64,000 bases of DNA from Armatimonadota bacterium (GCA_041690135.1 JAWLHY010000020.1:1-64000), one strand, 5' to 3'; counted from the first letter of the stretch, positions 37,783-48,116 are shown. The notes: a model not told the origin generated them from the sequence alone. Program-made: numbers and translations.

Positions 37783-38442
37783 TCAAACCCGGACGAGGGG
37801 GGCCAGGATGAAAACACAAAAATCCCAGAGGAAGTGGGCGAGTAGAGGGACCAGGATGCTTCCGGTCGCCCATCGCCAGGCGCTCCAGTAGAGGCCGCAG
37901 ACCAAGGCCAGCAGTGCCAGGAGTGGATGGGCGGCGCCCAGGTGGCATGTGGCGTAAACCAGGGATCCGACCGCCAATGCCAACGGTCCGGAGATGCGCT
38001 CGCACAGCGCTTGCTGCACGACTCCCCGCCATACCAACTCCTCACTGACAATCACCAGCGGAATAATGAGAAGTGGTCCCAAGGCCGTCGTGGCACCCAG
38101 CATCACGTAAAGTTCGTGGGTACCCTTGGCCAGGTCCGGCCAGAAACGTGAAAAGACAGGATAGAGAGTGTAGGTGAAGGCGATCTGAACCAGGGCACCC
38201 AGCAAACCGAGTGCGATACGTCCCGCAGTGGGGGCAAGGAGCTTCCGCAGCAGAGGCCGTTCATACACCAGGACCGCTAAACCGAGCAAGGCGGCCGCTC
38301 CACCGATCCCGACCCACACGCCAAACCACCGGGAAGCCAAAGCGCCCAATGCCCATACGACAGCGGCAATCACTGCCAGTTGGACGCGCAGTGGGCTCCG
38401 GTCCTGCACACCCATGGTTGAAGGGGTCACCTCGGCCGCCAT
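37783..38442 (-). CDS. CPBP (CAAX/Abi) intramembrane glutamic endopeptidase
   Basis: multi-TM; EELVWRG, Y...H, AHFLWD. Confidence 0.85.
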   Translation of the reverse strand: MAAEVTPSTMGVQDRSPLRVQLAVIAAVVWALGALASRWFGVWVGIGGAAALLGLAVLVYERPLLRKLLAPTAGRIALGLLGALVQIAFTYTLYPVFSRFWPDLAKGTHELYVMLGATTALGPLLIIPLVIVSEELVWRGVVQQALCERISGPLALAVGSLVYATCHLGAAHPLLALLALVCGLYWSAWRWATGSILVPLLAHFLWDFCVFILAPLVRV

Positions 38443-38475
38443 GCACGTCTGGCGCGAGTTCTGGGGTCCATCATC

Positions 38476-38703
38476 TCAGCTCACTAACTTCTCGAAGCAA
38501 TCCGCATCCCAGTTGTACGCGCCGCCGCTGGGAAACTCAACAGAAATCTGCGCGGGGTGATCTTCCTCGGCCTCGAAGTAGTCGACCACTTCACCAACTT
38601 CGTCTCCATAGAGAGCGCGGTGGAGACCCCAGGCTTCCGGCATCCCGCGGACCCGGTCCCGCCCCACCTCGCTGAACCGCACGCGATCGCCTTCGCGGAA
38701 CAT
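38476..38703 (-). CDS. small hypothetical protein, SH3/KOW-like beta barrel
   Basis: FREGDRVR...GEVV...SVEF pattern; G-rich RBS; co-oriented with both neighbours. Confidence 0.6.
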   Translation of the reverse strand: MFREGDRVRFSEVGRDRVRGMPEAWGLHRALYGDEVGEVVDYFEAEEDHPAQISVEFPSGGAYNWDADCFEKLVS

Positions 38704-38721
38704 CACTCCCCCCACCCCACT

Positions 38722-39813
38722 TCAGGCCGTGCGGATCAGTTGCGCCACCCGATCGCCGATCTGCTCGGTGGTCCACGCACCGCCCAAATCCGGACCAAGA
38801 AGCTCTCCCGCCGACAGTCCCCGCTCCACCGCGGAGTGGATTCGGCGTCCTGCCTCGGTCACTGCAGGATCGGTCCGGCGGTCGCCCAGCCAGTCCAGGA
38901 GCATTGCGGCACTGAGGACCGTCGCCAGCGGGTTGGCGATGTCGCGGCCGGCGATATCGGGCGCGGTGCCGTGCGTTGGCTGAAAGACGGCAAAACGGTC
39001 GCCTATGTCCGCGGACGGCGCCAACCCCAGCCCGCCGATCAGGCCTGGACCCAGATCGGAGAGGATGTCACCGAACATGTTCTCGGTCACCATCACGTCG
39101 AAGCACTCGGGCTGTCGGACCATCCGCATGGCCGTCGCGTCCACGTATGCGTGTTCGGCATCTACGTCGGGGTAGCGGGCCGCAACTTCATCGAACACTT
39201 TCCGGAAGAACGCAGAGGAGCGGAAGATGTTGGCTTTGTCGACGCAGGTCACTTTGCCCCGGCGCCCGCGCTCCCGCGCCCGGAGCCGCGCCCACTCAAA
39301 GGCGGCTCGGCAGACTCGTTCGGTGCCGTGGCGGGTGATCACTTGCTGATCCACGGCCACATCATCCCGGAGGACCACGCCGCCGCCAAGAGACGCGAAC
39401 AGGCCTTCGGTGCTCTCCCGCACGACCACGAAATCGACATCCTCGGGCTGCTTCTGCGCGAGTACGGGGGGAACCCCGGGATACCAGCGGATCGGGCGAA
39501 TTCCGGCATAGAGGTCCAGCCGGAAGCGCAGCTCCACCTGGGGCACCATCTCGGTCCCGTCGGGCCATCGCACTTCCGGCAGCCCCATTGCGCCCAGCAA
39601 GATCGCCTCCGCCGCCCGGGCACGTTCGACCGTCTCGTCCGGCAGCGGCTTGCCTCGCTCCAGGTACTCCCCCGCGCCCGCGGGCAGCGTTTCGAACTCC
39701 AGGCGGAAACCGCCGACCGCCTCCGCGGCTGCCGCCAGCGCCTTCGTGCCTTCCCGGATGACTTCCGGTCCAATCCCGTCCCCGGGCATGACGGCTATTT
39801 GGTAGGTCTGCAT
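38722..39813 (-). CDS. isocitrate/isopropylmalate dehydrogenase family protein
   Basis: PGDGIGPEV, VRE.TEG, VDKAN, NMFGDILSD, HGTAPDIAG..IANP. Confidence 0.93.
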   Translation of the reverse strand: MQTYQIAVMPGDGIGPEVIREGTKALAAAAEAVGGFRLEFETLPAGAGEYLERGKPLPDETVERARAAEAILLGAMGLPEVRWPDGTEMVPQVELRFRLDLYAGIRPIRWYPGVPPVLAQKQPEDVDFVVVRESTEGLFASLGGGVVLRDDVAVDQQVITRHGTERVCRAAFEWARLRARERGRRGKVTCVDKANIFRSSAFFRKVFDEVAARYPDVDAEHAYVDATAMRMVRQPECFDVMVTENMFGDILSDLGPGLIGGLGLAPSADIGDRFAVFQPTHGTAPDIAGRDIANPLATVLSAAMLLDWLGDRRTDPAVTEAGRRIHSAVERGLSAGELLGPDLGGAWTTEQIGDRVAQLIRTA

Positions 39814-39888
39814 CGATTACTTGAGGTCACGCAATAGATACCCGCGGGAGCGCGGAGGGGACAGGCGCGGCATCCGAACCTGCGTCCG

Positions 39889-40270
39889 TCATAAGCCCGG
39901 GTGTTCAGTCCAGGATTCCACCTCCGTGACGGACCGCAGCCACTGTTCGAGGCGCTCGAGGTCGGTCTCCGCCTGCAGACGGCGAAGCACCTCCGGAGTA
40001 GGTTCTCCCAAGCGGAGTCTGCCGATGATCAGCAGCGAGCGAAGCACGCCATTGACAATGCCTTCCTCGCGCCCGACCTCGATCCCCTGCTCGCGTCCGA
40101 CCTCGATCCTTTCTTCGAGTATGGCCCGGTAGGTATCAGATTCTCGCATGGCAGTTTTCCCCCGGAATAATTGTGCCACGATTTGGCGGGAGTAACGCAG
40201 ACCCAGTAGGACGAAGGTATCAGTCCAGAGATCCTTCCGATCTTCGGGCGGATGAATGTCTTCGCTCGAC
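39889..40270 (-). pseudogene. 3' remnant of an Rpn/DUF4351-like (putative transposase/nuclease) gene
   Basis: DLWTDTFVLLGLRYS...MRESDTYRAILEE, GREQG/GREEG repeats, D.ERLEQW; frame runs into an upstream stop with no nuclease domain. Confidence 0.65.
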
Positions 40271-40303
40271 GGGTGGCGAACGCGCTACAGGAGGGTTGCA
40301 TGC

Positions 40304-41338
40304 ATGAAAGAAGGCAAGCGTTGGGTCGTGACGGGTGAGCGCCGTACCCAGTTGGAGAGCTTCGAAGTACCTCGCCCAGTATCGCGCCAGATGATCCTGC
40401 GGACGGAGGCCAGCCTGGTCAGCGCGGGCACCGAGCTCGCCATCTTCACCGGCATACACCAGGGGCTGACCAACCCCAACGTAAACTGGCCGAAGTACCC
40501 CCAGGCCATGGGTTACATGGCTGTTGCTCGCGTGGATGAAGTCGGAGAGGCGGTCGAAGGCTACCGCGTCGGTGATCGGCTGCTGACCTCCACTGGGCAC
40601 GCCAGCCACGTGTTGGTGGACCTGGCGGAGGGCGGTCACCGGCGCACGTGGCACGTGCCAGAAGGTGTTCCCGCCCACCGGCTGGTGCTGGCGCGGATGG
40701 GAAAGACCGCCATCACCGCCGTCTGCCAGGCGGGGGTAACCGTCGCCCAAAGCGTGGCAGTCGTGGGACTGGGGATCGTCGGGCAGGTGGCACTGCGGCT
40801 CTTTCTCGCCTGTGGTGCGTGGCCGGTGGTAGGCGTGGATCCGGTCGCGATGCGCCGGGCGACCGCACTTCGGGGCGGGGCGGTGGGGGGCGTCGACCCG
40901 CGCGAGGGTGAATCCGCGGAGAGCCTCCGCGCAATCCTGCCAGATGGGGCGGATATCGTCGTCGACGCGACCGGCCGGGCCGACGCGCTACCGGGCGCGA
41001 TGGCCCTCGCTCGGGAGGCGGGGACCGTAGTGGTCCTCGGCAGCCCCCGTGGAACAGCGCCGGATGTGGACTTCTACACGGATCTCCACCGCCGCAGCCT
41101 GCGCGTGGTGGGCGCACACGACAGCGGCATCGGGGTGGAGGCGCGGCCGTCGTTCCCGTTCAGCAACGATCGGGTGGTGCCGGCCCTGGTGGAGTGGGTG
41201 CGCTCGGAACGGTTGCCGGTCGAGGACTTGATCTCCCATCACGTGGGGGCCGGAGCGCTTCCGGAGATGTACCAGGGACTGCTGGAACGCCCCGAGGAGT
41301 TTCTGGGCGTCGTCCTGGGCTGGGAACAAGGGCCGTAA
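40304..41338 (+). CDS. MDR/zinc-binding alcohol dehydrogenase family protein
   Basis: SLVSAGTE, GY..V, GLGIVG Rossmann motif, DIVVDATG. Confidence 0.88.
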   Translation: MKEGKRWVVTGERRTQLESFEVPRPVSRQMILRTEASLVSAGTELAIFTGIHQGLTNPNVNWPKYPQAMGYMAVARVDEVGEAVEGYRVGDRLLTSTGHASHVLVDLAEGGHRRTWHVPEGVPAHRLVLARMGKTAITAVCQAGVTVAQSVAVVGLGIVGQVALRLFLACGAWPVVGVDPVAMRRATALRGGAVGGVDPREGESAESLRAILPDGADIVVDATGRADALPGAMALAREAGTVVVLGSPRGTAPDVDFYTDLHRRSLRVVGAHDSGIGVEARPSFPFSNDRVVPALVEWVRSERLPVEDLISHHVGAGALPEMYQGLLERPEEFLGVVLGWEQGP

Positions 41339-41439
41339 AAGTCGACTGTTTCACATCCGGTGCACCACCGGTAAAACGCGATAGCCGGCCTCCGTCTTTG
41401 CCGGCTATCACGGATGAGAACCGGAATTGAGGTGCGGAG

Positions 41440-41970
41440 ATGAAGAGTAAAGCGGCAGTCGGCAATCACCCCCTGCATCCGGCGTTCGTCGTGCTCCCCA
41501 TCGGGGCCTGGTTCAGCTCGTTGGTTGGGGACATCGCTTATCAGACGACAGCGAATTCGTTCTGGTACGAGTTCGCCTACTACACCATGTGGATCGGCGT
41601 CATCAGCGCCCTGGTAGCAGCGGTGTTTGGATTCATCGACTACTTCGGCGTGCAGATGAGCGAAGCAGGTCGCCGGGTAGCCACCACGCATATGCTCCTC
41701 AACCTGTCGGTCGTGGTCGCTTACCTGATTAATCTGTGGCTGCGGGCGGACCAGGCGGCGCTTGTTGGAGGGAGGTGGACCCTGGCGTTCGTTCTCCAGA
41801 TACTCAGCTTTGGGACCCTGGGTATTTCGGGCTGGCTGGGTGGCAAGATGAGCTACGAGCACAAGATCGGCGTCGCGGAGCACGCCGACCCCGAGGCCAC
41901 GCGGATCGGCATGGATGAGGCGGCGGAACCGGGGCGAGTTCCCGCTCGCCAGCGCGGTCTCCAGGGCTAA
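41440..41970 (+). CDS. DUF2231 membrane protein
   Basis: HPLHPA.V..PIG, G..DY, H..LN, GWLGG.M.Y...IG. Confidence 0.88.
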   Translation: MKSKAAVGNHPLHPAFVVLPIGAWFSSLVGDIAYQTTANSFWYEFAYYTMWIGVISALVAAVFGFIDYFGVQMSEAGRRVATTHMLLNLSVVVAYLINLWLRADQAALVGGRWTLAFVLQILSFGTLGISGWLGGKMSYEHKIGVAEHADPEATRIGMDEAAEPGRVPARQRGLQG

Positions 41971-42004
41971 TCCGTTCGCATCCGCCGAAAATGGGAAGCG
42001 CGTC

Positions 42005-42748
42005 TCACTGGGGTGCCTCGGGGACGTGGGCTTCGGCAGCGGCGGCCACCAGCGTGGCCGCCGAAATGGCAGCGGTTTCCGCCCGGAGAATGCGGGCACC
42101 CAACCGGACGGGGTGAGTTCCGGCGGCACGGGCCGCTTCGACTTCAGCCGGGGTAAATCCCCCTTCCGGACCGATCAGGATCTGCACGGCTGCCGGGCAG
42201 GGTCGAAGGGCGACTGTCAGCGAGTGGGATGCATAGGGGTCCAGGAAGAAGCGACATTCCGTATCGGTGGACCGAAGCAATGCCTCGAGCCGAACCGGCT
42301 CCACTACCTGCGGCACGCGAACCCTGCCGGACTGCTCCGCGGCTTCCTGCGCAATCCGCTGGTAACGCTGAATGCGGCGGCTCCACCGTTCCTCGCCGGC
42401 ACTGACGACGGTGCGTTCGGTCTGGAGGAACAAGATGCGGGAGGCCCCGATCTCGGTGAGCTTCTGGACTACCCAGTCCAGTTTTTCGCCCTTGAGCGCC
42501 GCCACGCCGACATCGAGGCGGCAGGGTAGCTCCACGCATGGAGTCGATTCCGCCAGCACGCGGACCGTAGAACGGGCCGGCGATACGCTTTCCAGCACTC
42601 CCTCGCACTCCCGGCCGTCGCCGCAGAAGAGGACCAGCCGGGCACCGGGGCGAAGGCGCAGCACGCGCGCAATTTGCGCGGACGCTTCGGGCGAGAGTAT
42701 CACTTCCGCGCCGACGACCGGCGGCTCAACGTGGTAGAAGCGATGCAT
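42005..42748 (-). CDS. rsmE: 16S rRNA m3U1498 methyltransferase
   Basis: RVLRL, K.TEIG, AAEQSGR, IGPEGGF, LG.RILRAETA. Confidence 0.95.
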   Translation of the reverse strand: MHRFYHVEPPVVGAEVILSPEASAQIARVLRLRPGARLVLFCGDGRECEGVLESVSPARSTVRVLAESTPCVELPCRLDVGVAALKGEKLDWVVQKLTEIGASRILFLQTERTVVSAGEERWSRRIQRYQRIAQEAAEQSGRVRVPQVVEPVRLEALLRSTDTECRFFLDPYASHSLTVALRPCPAAVQILIGPEGGFTPAEVEAARAAGTHPVRLGARILRAETAAISAATLVAAAAEAHVPEAPQ

Positions 42749-42752
42749 GCCG

Positions 42753-44414
42753 TCAGACGTGGCGCTGTGCCCGGAGCCGCTTGAGCACATCGTTTCCGCC
42801 GCGCCCAAAGTAGTCGTGCAGGCGCTTCCACTCTTCGTAGAGGCTGCAGTAAACGGTGTGCGCCTGGGGATCCGGGGTGTAGACCCGATCGCGCACGCCG
42901 CCCATCCGCGCAACCGCCAGTTCCAGGTCGTCGTACCCGCCCTGGGATTCGCCCGCGGCCACGGTGCCGAGAATGGCCGCTCCCAGGGCGCAGGTCTGGC
43001 CGCTCCGCGCGATACGGATCGGCCGCCCCGTGACGTCCGCGTAGATCTGCATCAACAATTCGTTGCGATCCGCCAGACCGCCCGCGGCAATGATCTCGTC
43101 AATCGCCACACCGTTCTGGCTGCAGTTCTCCAGGATGATGCGGGTACCGAACGCCGTGCCCTCGATCAGGGCGCGGTAGATATCCTCCGGGCGCGTGTCC
43201 AGAGAAAGTCCGATCAACACTCCGGAGAGGTCCGCATCCATGAGAACGCTCCGGTTACCGTTCCACCAGTCGAGAGCAAGAAGACCATTCTCGCCGGGGC
43301 GGAGCCCCGCAGCCTTTTCCACCAGCACCTGGTGGACGCTGATCCCCCGCTTTTCCGCCTCCTGCTGGTAGGCGGAAGGTACTCCGTGGCGCGTGTACCA
43401 GGCAAGGATGTCGCCCGTGGCCGGCTGCCCCGCCTCGTAGCCGAAATAGCCCGGCAGGATCCCGTCCTGTACCACGCCGGCAATCCCTTCGAAGGCATTC
43501 CCTTCCCGTCCCAGAACCAGGTGACAGCCGGAGGTCCCCAGGATCACGAGCATTTTGCCGGGAGCAGCTACACCAGCGGCCGGCACTGCCGCATGGGCGT
43601 CGATGATGGAGACCGCTACGGGAATACCCGCTCGCAAGCCCAGCCGGAGAGCGGCCTCTCCCGTCAGAACTCCCGCCCGCGCTCCGACCGGCAGAACCTC
43701 TCCCGGAAGCTTGTCATCCACCAGAGTTTCCAGACGGGAATCCAGAGCGGACAGGAAGGCGGAGGAAGGATATCCGTCTGCCCGGCTCCAGAGGCCTTTG
43801 TAGCCCGCCTGGCAGGCGCTACGCACCCGATCGCCGGTCAATTGCCAAACCAGCCAGTCCCCCGCCTCGATAAAGCATTCGGTTTGGGCGTAGATCTCCG
43901 GAGCCTCATCCAGGACCTGCCAGGCCTTGGCGAACAGCCACTCGGAGCTGGTCTTGCCACCGTAGCGGGTGAGAAACGACTCGTTTCTCGCGGCGGCGAG
44001 AGCATTGATCCGCTCGGCCTCGGGCTGGGCGCCGTGGTGCTTCCAGAGCTTGGTCCAGGCATGCGGCTGCCGGCGCATGTCCGGGTCGCGGCTCAGGGGT
44101 ATCCCGTCGGCCGTGGTGGGCACCAAGGTACACGCGGTGAAGTCCACCCCGATGCCGATCACGTCCGCAGGCGATGCACCGGCCAGGCGGAGCACTTCGG
44201 GAACCACTACTTCCAGACAGGCCCAGTAATCGTCGGGGTCCTGGAGCGCCCAATCCGGCTCCAGTCGCCGGCCCGTACCGGGGAGCGCCTCGTCGATCAC
44301 CCCGTGCGGGTAAGCGTGGACTGCGGTGGCCACTTCCCGCCCGTCCGCCACGTCCACCAGCAGGGCACGTCCCGACTCCGTGCCGAAATCGAGGCCTAAT
44401 GCGTATCGAGGCAT
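42753..44414 (-). CDS. araB: ribulokinase (FGGY family)
   Basis: GLDFGTES.RA, DFTACT, LWKHH, IDAH, EAGQ, LDWWNGNRS. Confidence 0.92.
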   Translation of the reverse strand: MPRYALGLDFGTESGRALLVDVADGREVATAVHAYPHGVIDEALPGTGRRLEPDWALQDPDDYWACLEVVVPEVLRLAGASPADVIGIGVDFTACTLVPTTADGIPLSRDPDMRRQPHAWTKLWKHHGAQPEAERINALAAARNESFLTRYGGKTSSEWLFAKAWQVLDEAPEIYAQTECFIEAGDWLVWQLTGDRVRSACQAGYKGLWSRADGYPSSAFLSALDSRLETLVDDKLPGEVLPVGARAGVLTGEAALRLGLRAGIPVAVSIIDAHAAVPAAGVAAPGKMLVILGTSGCHLVLGREGNAFEGIAGVVQDGILPGYFGYEAGQPATGDILAWYTRHGVPSAYQQEAEKRGISVHQVLVEKAAGLRPGENGLLALDWWNGNRSVLMDADLSGVLIGLSLDTRPEDIYRALIEGTAFGTRIILENCSQNGVAIDEIIAAGGLADRNELLMQIYADVTGRPIRIARSGQTCALGAAILGTVAAGESQGGYDDLELAVARMGGVRDRVYTPDPQAHTVYCSLYEEWKRLHDYFGRGGNDVLKRLRAQRHV

Positions 44415-44436
44415 ACCTGCACCACCCTCGGTCCGT

Positions 44437-45603
44437 CTAAATCGCCGCGACTTCGTCCCACAGATCTTCGTAGCCCGCCGGCAATTCCACTTCCTGCTGG
44501 ACGGCCATTTCGATGATGATCGTGGTGCCGGAGCTGTCGGTGGAAAGGAAGATCTGGTCCGCCATCTTGTTGATGAGCGTAAACCCCAGACCGGCCGACA
44601 TCCGCTTCATCCGGCCGAAGCCATCGATCTCCGGAATACCCTCGGCCGAAGTATGCTTGGACCATCCGGCCTTGAGCGTTGCCTTGGGTAGATCCTCGGG
44701 ATCGATCCCCCGGCCCCGATCACTGACCCGAATCCGAAGACGCCGACCGTCACCGGCGAACTGCGCAGACCCGCCTTTACCGTGTACGAGAGCGTTCGTC
44801 GCCGCTTCCGAAGCACAGAGTTCGAAATCCCGGGCCCGGTCGGGGTCCATGCCCGCATCGAGCCCCGCCTGCCGGGCCAGCGACCGGATGTGGGGAATGT
44901 CCGTGTCGCGGTTGATGGAAACTTCCTGCTCGTAGGCAGGCCATTCCCCATCGATCTCCCCCAATTGGCAGAAGCGGATCTTACCATCCGTAACGGCGTA
45001 GAGCACATCGCTAAGCAGCCGGCGGCGCAGCAGGTCCAGGCGCTGGGCTTCTTGCTTTTGATAGAGCGCGAAGAGCGGAACCGCGGCTAGGCAGGCATAC
45101 AGGGAGAGGTATTCCAGGATGGTCTCGGCGAACGGCCGCCCGCTGAGACAGTTGTCCAAGCAGAGTGTGCCCAACAACTCGTCGCCGGCCACAATCGGTA
45201 TCACCGCCAGGGAAGTGATCCCCGCGCGGAACTCAGCTTGCGGAAACTCTTCTCGCACCCGGTTGGAAAAAACATACGGGGCTCGCCGCCGCACGACGCG
45301 CATCAGGGGCGTATCCCGGTCCGACACCGGAATGCTCTCGCCGCCGTACTCCGGCATCCCCTCCGTGTCGACTCCCACGATACGGTCCAGGCACTCCGCG
45401 AACCGGTTGTACGCGAAGATACCGGCGCGATCCACGGAGAGGTCCTGGCGCAAGGCATCGACCAGGCGCCAGAGCGATTGGACCGGGTCCGGCTCCGCCG
45501 CCAGCTCGCGGGAAGCACGCACAACCGAAGCCAGACGGCTCTCTGAAAGACCGGCGGAGGGTGACTGCGGATCAGGAACGAGCTCGTTCATCGTTGGGAT
45601 CAC
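44437..45603 (-). CDS. GAF domain fused to an RsbW/SpoIIAB-like ATPase (anti-sigma kinase type)
   Basis: GAF (SLAVIPIVAGDELLGTL); SEAATNALVHG, DRGRGI, GLGF boxes; no HisKA; alternative ATG 45591. Confidence 0.8.
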   Translation of the reverse strand: MIPTMNELVPDPQSPSAGLSESRLASVVRASRELAAEPDPVQSLWRLVDALRQDLSVDRAGIFAYNRFAECLDRIVGVDTEGMPEYGGESIPVSDRDTPLMRVVRRRAPYVFSNRVREEFPQAEFRAGITSLAVIPIVAGDELLGTLCLDNCLSGRPFAETILEYLSLYACLAAVPLFALYQKQEAQRLDLLRRRLLSDVLYAVTDGKIRFCQLGEIDGEWPAYEQEVSINRDTDIPHIRSLARQAGLDAGMDPDRARDFELCASEAATNALVHGKGGSAQFAGDGRRLRIRVSDRGRGIDPEDLPKATLKAGWSKHTSAEGIPEIDGFGRMKRMSAGLGFTLINKMADQIFLSTDSSGTTIIIEMAVQQEVELPAGYEDLWDEVAAI

Positions 45604-47111
45604 TTCCCTGCGGACCCGTAGTGCGCTTCCAACGCCTCCACCAGGCCCGCAGTGGTATAGCGGTCCGCTACCACGTCGACACGTAGCCCCATCTCGCGCG
45701 CGGTAGCCGCGGTAATGGGACCGATGCAGGCGATGCGGACGCGTTCTTTATTGGCCGCCCAGAGACCGGGTGGCATGAGTTCCACGAAGTTCCGAACTGT
45801 AGAGGAAGCCGTGAAGGTGATCGCGTCGATCCGACCATTCGTTAATTCATCGCGCAGGAGGACTGCGCTGTTTGTTTCAGGCACCGTTGCGTAGACCGGA
45901 ACCACATCCACCGTAGCTCCGCGTGCTCTCCAGAGTTCCGGTAGGAGTTCGCGCGCCTCGCGAGCCCTCGGGAGTAGGACCCGTTTTCCAGTGACAGGTT
46001 CCGGAAATTCTTCCACCACCTGTTCGGCGACAAATTTCGAGGGGACGAAATCCACGAACAGCCCCGCCGCTTCCACCGCGCGGGCGGTTTCCGGACCAAT
46101 GGCGGCGATGCGCGCACTCCCCAGAGCACGCAGGTCGCGACGGGTATTCCGGAGCGCCTGCAGTAGCGAGTATACCCCGTTGACGCTGGTGAAGACCACC
46201 CAATGATAGCCATGCTGTAAGCCGCTGAGATCGGGATTCGGAAGTGGTTGAATCCGGATGGTGGGGCAGGTGATGGCTTCACCGCCGCGTTCTTCGATGC
46301 GGCGCACCAACTCGGGCGCCTGGTCGACCGGCCGGGTTACCACGATCCGTTTTCCGAAGAGCGGCCGGTTGTCGAACCACCGCAACTGGTCGCGAAGTGC
46401 GGCCACTTCCCCCACCAGGGTCACCGCGGGAGGGCCGCAACCGGCTTCCGCACACCGCTCCACGATATCGGCCAGCGTGCCGGAAGCGCACCGCTGGCGC
46501 GGGTACGTGCCCCAACTCACCACGGCGGCCGGAGTGGAAGGGGGACGCCCGTGTGCGATAAGGCGTTCGACGATCTGGGGAAGACGTTCCGCGCCCATCA
46601 GGAAGACCAGCGTGTCCCCCCCGGCGGCCAGGTGCTCCCAACGGATCGAGGACTCTTCTTTGAGCGGGTCCTCGTGAGCCGTTACGATGGTGAAGGCAGA
46701 ACAGAGGCCGCGGTGCGTCACTGGGATGCCGGCGTAGCCGGGAGCCGCGATGGCGGAGCTGATGCCGGGCACGTACTCCCACTCGAGGCCGGAGGCGGTG
46801 AGAACCTCTGCTTCCTCCCCACCCCGGCCGAAGATGAACGGATCTCCGCCCTTGAGCCGGCAGACGATCTTGCCCGCCCGGGCACGATCCACCAGGAGAG
46901 CGTTGATCTCTTCTTGCGTGAGAGCGTGGCGTTGGGCTTCCTTACCCGCGTAGATCCACTCGGCGGCTTCCGACGCGTAGTCCAGGAAGCGGGGGTTGGC
47001 CAGGCGGTCGTAGATGACGACGTCAGCCTCCCGGAGCGCACGCTGCCCTTTGAGGGTAAGCAGTTCCGGATCGCCCGGGCCGGCGCCAACGAGGTAGACC
47101 TTACCGGCCAT
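45600..47111 (-). CDS. cobA: uroporphyrinogen-III C-methyltransferase/synthase fusion (CobA-HemD)
   Basis: VYLVGAGPGDPELLT, RLKGGDPF.FGRGGEE; C-terminal VVTRP, FTSVNGV, CIGP.TA. Confidence 0.95.
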   Translation of the reverse strand: MAGKVYLVGAGPGDPELLTLKGQRALREADVVIYDRLANPRFLDYASEAAEWIYAGKEAQRHALTQEEINALLVDRARAGKIVCRLKGGDPFIFGRGGEEAEVLTASGLEWEYVPGISSAIAAPGYAGIPVTHRGLCSAFTIVTAHEDPLKEESSIRWEHLAAGGDTLVFLMGAERLPQIVERLIAHGRPPSTPAAVVSWGTYPRQRCASGTLADIVERCAEAGCGPPAVTLVGEVAALRDQLRWFDNRPLFGKRIVVTRPVDQAPELVRRIEERGGEAITCPTIRIQPLPNPDLSGLQHGYHWVVFTSVNGVYSLLQALRNTRRDLRALGSARIAAIGPETARAVEAAGLFVDFVPSKFVAEQVVEEFPEPVTGKRVLLPRAREARELLPELWRARGATVDVVPVYATVPETNSAVLLRDELTNGRIDAITFTASSTVRNFVELMPPGLWAANKERVRIACIGPITAATAREMGLRVDVVADRYTTAGLVEALEAHYGSAGK

Positions 47112-48115
47112 CAGTGGGTCAGGCTCTCCAGGATCTCGCGGCCGCCCTGATCCAGCAACCGAACGGCCAGCGTACTCCCCAGGCTTTCGGCGTCCTGCGT
47201 TGGGCCGGTAAGCTGCGCGCGTACCAGATGGCTGCCGTCGGGAGCCGCGAGGACGCCAATTAGCTCCAGTTGATCTCCGTGGATGCGGGCGTAGGCGCCG
47301 AGCGGCACGGAGCACCCGCCCCCGACCGCGTCCATCAAAGCCCGTTCCGCGCGCACACAGGTGTGGGTTTCCGCATCGGCCAGGCGGGCCAGCAATCCCA
47401 GGGTGACCGGATCCTCCGCGCGCGCTTCCAAGCCCAGGGCCCCCTGGCCGGGAGCGGGAATGGAGATCTCTACAGGCAGCGGTAAGGAGATCCGTTCCGC
47501 GAGGCCCAAGCGACGCAGGCCCGCGGCCGCCAGGAGCAGCGCGCCGTATTGTCCCTCATCGAGTTTCCGCAGGCGAGTATCCACGTTGCCCCGGACGCTT
47601 TCCAGGACCAGGTCGGGACGGAGATGGCGAAGCTGCGCCATGCGGCGGAGACTGCTGGTGCCCACCCGCGTGTCCAACGGCAGGGGCAGCCCCTTTAACT
47701 CTCCCGCCGCCGAAGTTCCACAGGCACCCGGGTCCTGGGTGGCGTGACCGAGCGCCGCCGCGACGTCCGCGCCGGCGGGCAGCACCAGCGCATCGCGTGG
47801 ATCCTCTCTCTCGGGGACGGCGGCGAGAACCAGGCCCGGCGGCAGTTCGGACGGGAGGTCTTTGAGACTGTGAACCGCCAGGTCCGCCTCACCGGCCAGG
47901 AGGGCGTCCTCAATCTCCTTGGTAAAGAGACCCTTCCCCCCCACCTCGTTCAATGGTACGTTCTGGATGCGGTCTCCACGGGTCACGTATTCGCGGAGGA
48001 CGACGTCGAGGCCCGGCTGGAGTGCTTCCAGGCGGGCTTTGATCCAATGGGACTGTGCGAGCGCCAGCTTGCTGCGGCGCGTCGCGATCGTAAGTCGGGT
48101 GGGTGCTTCGCTCAT
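47111..48115 (-). CDS. hemC: hydroxymethylbilane synthase
   Basis: ATR.SKLALAQ, GKGLFTKEIE, VHSLKD, GTSSLRR, RGNVDTRL, GGCSVP. Confidence 0.97.
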   Translation of the reverse strand: MSEAPTRLTIATRRSKLALAQSHWIKARLEALQPGLDVVLREYVTRGDRIQNVPLNEVGGKGLFTKEIEDALLAGEADLAVHSLKDLPSELPPGLVLAAVPEREDPRDALVLPAGADVAAALGHATQDPGACGTSAAGELKGLPLPLDTRVGTSSLRRMAQLRHLRPDLVLESVRGNVDTRLRKLDEGQYGALLLAAAGLRRLGLAERISLPLPVEISIPAPGQGALGLEARAEDPVTLGLLARLADAETHTCVRAERALMDAVGGGCSVPLGAYARIHGDQLELIGVLAAPDGSHLVRAQLTGPTQDAESLGSTLAVRLLDQGGREILESLTH

Positions 48116-48116
48116 G

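Noticed and set aside
42747-44399. 550-aa plus-strand ORF (likewise 19057-20550 and 38557-39837)
   Set aside because: Antisense to araB, mlaD/rplI and the dehydrogenase respectively; no independent coding signal.
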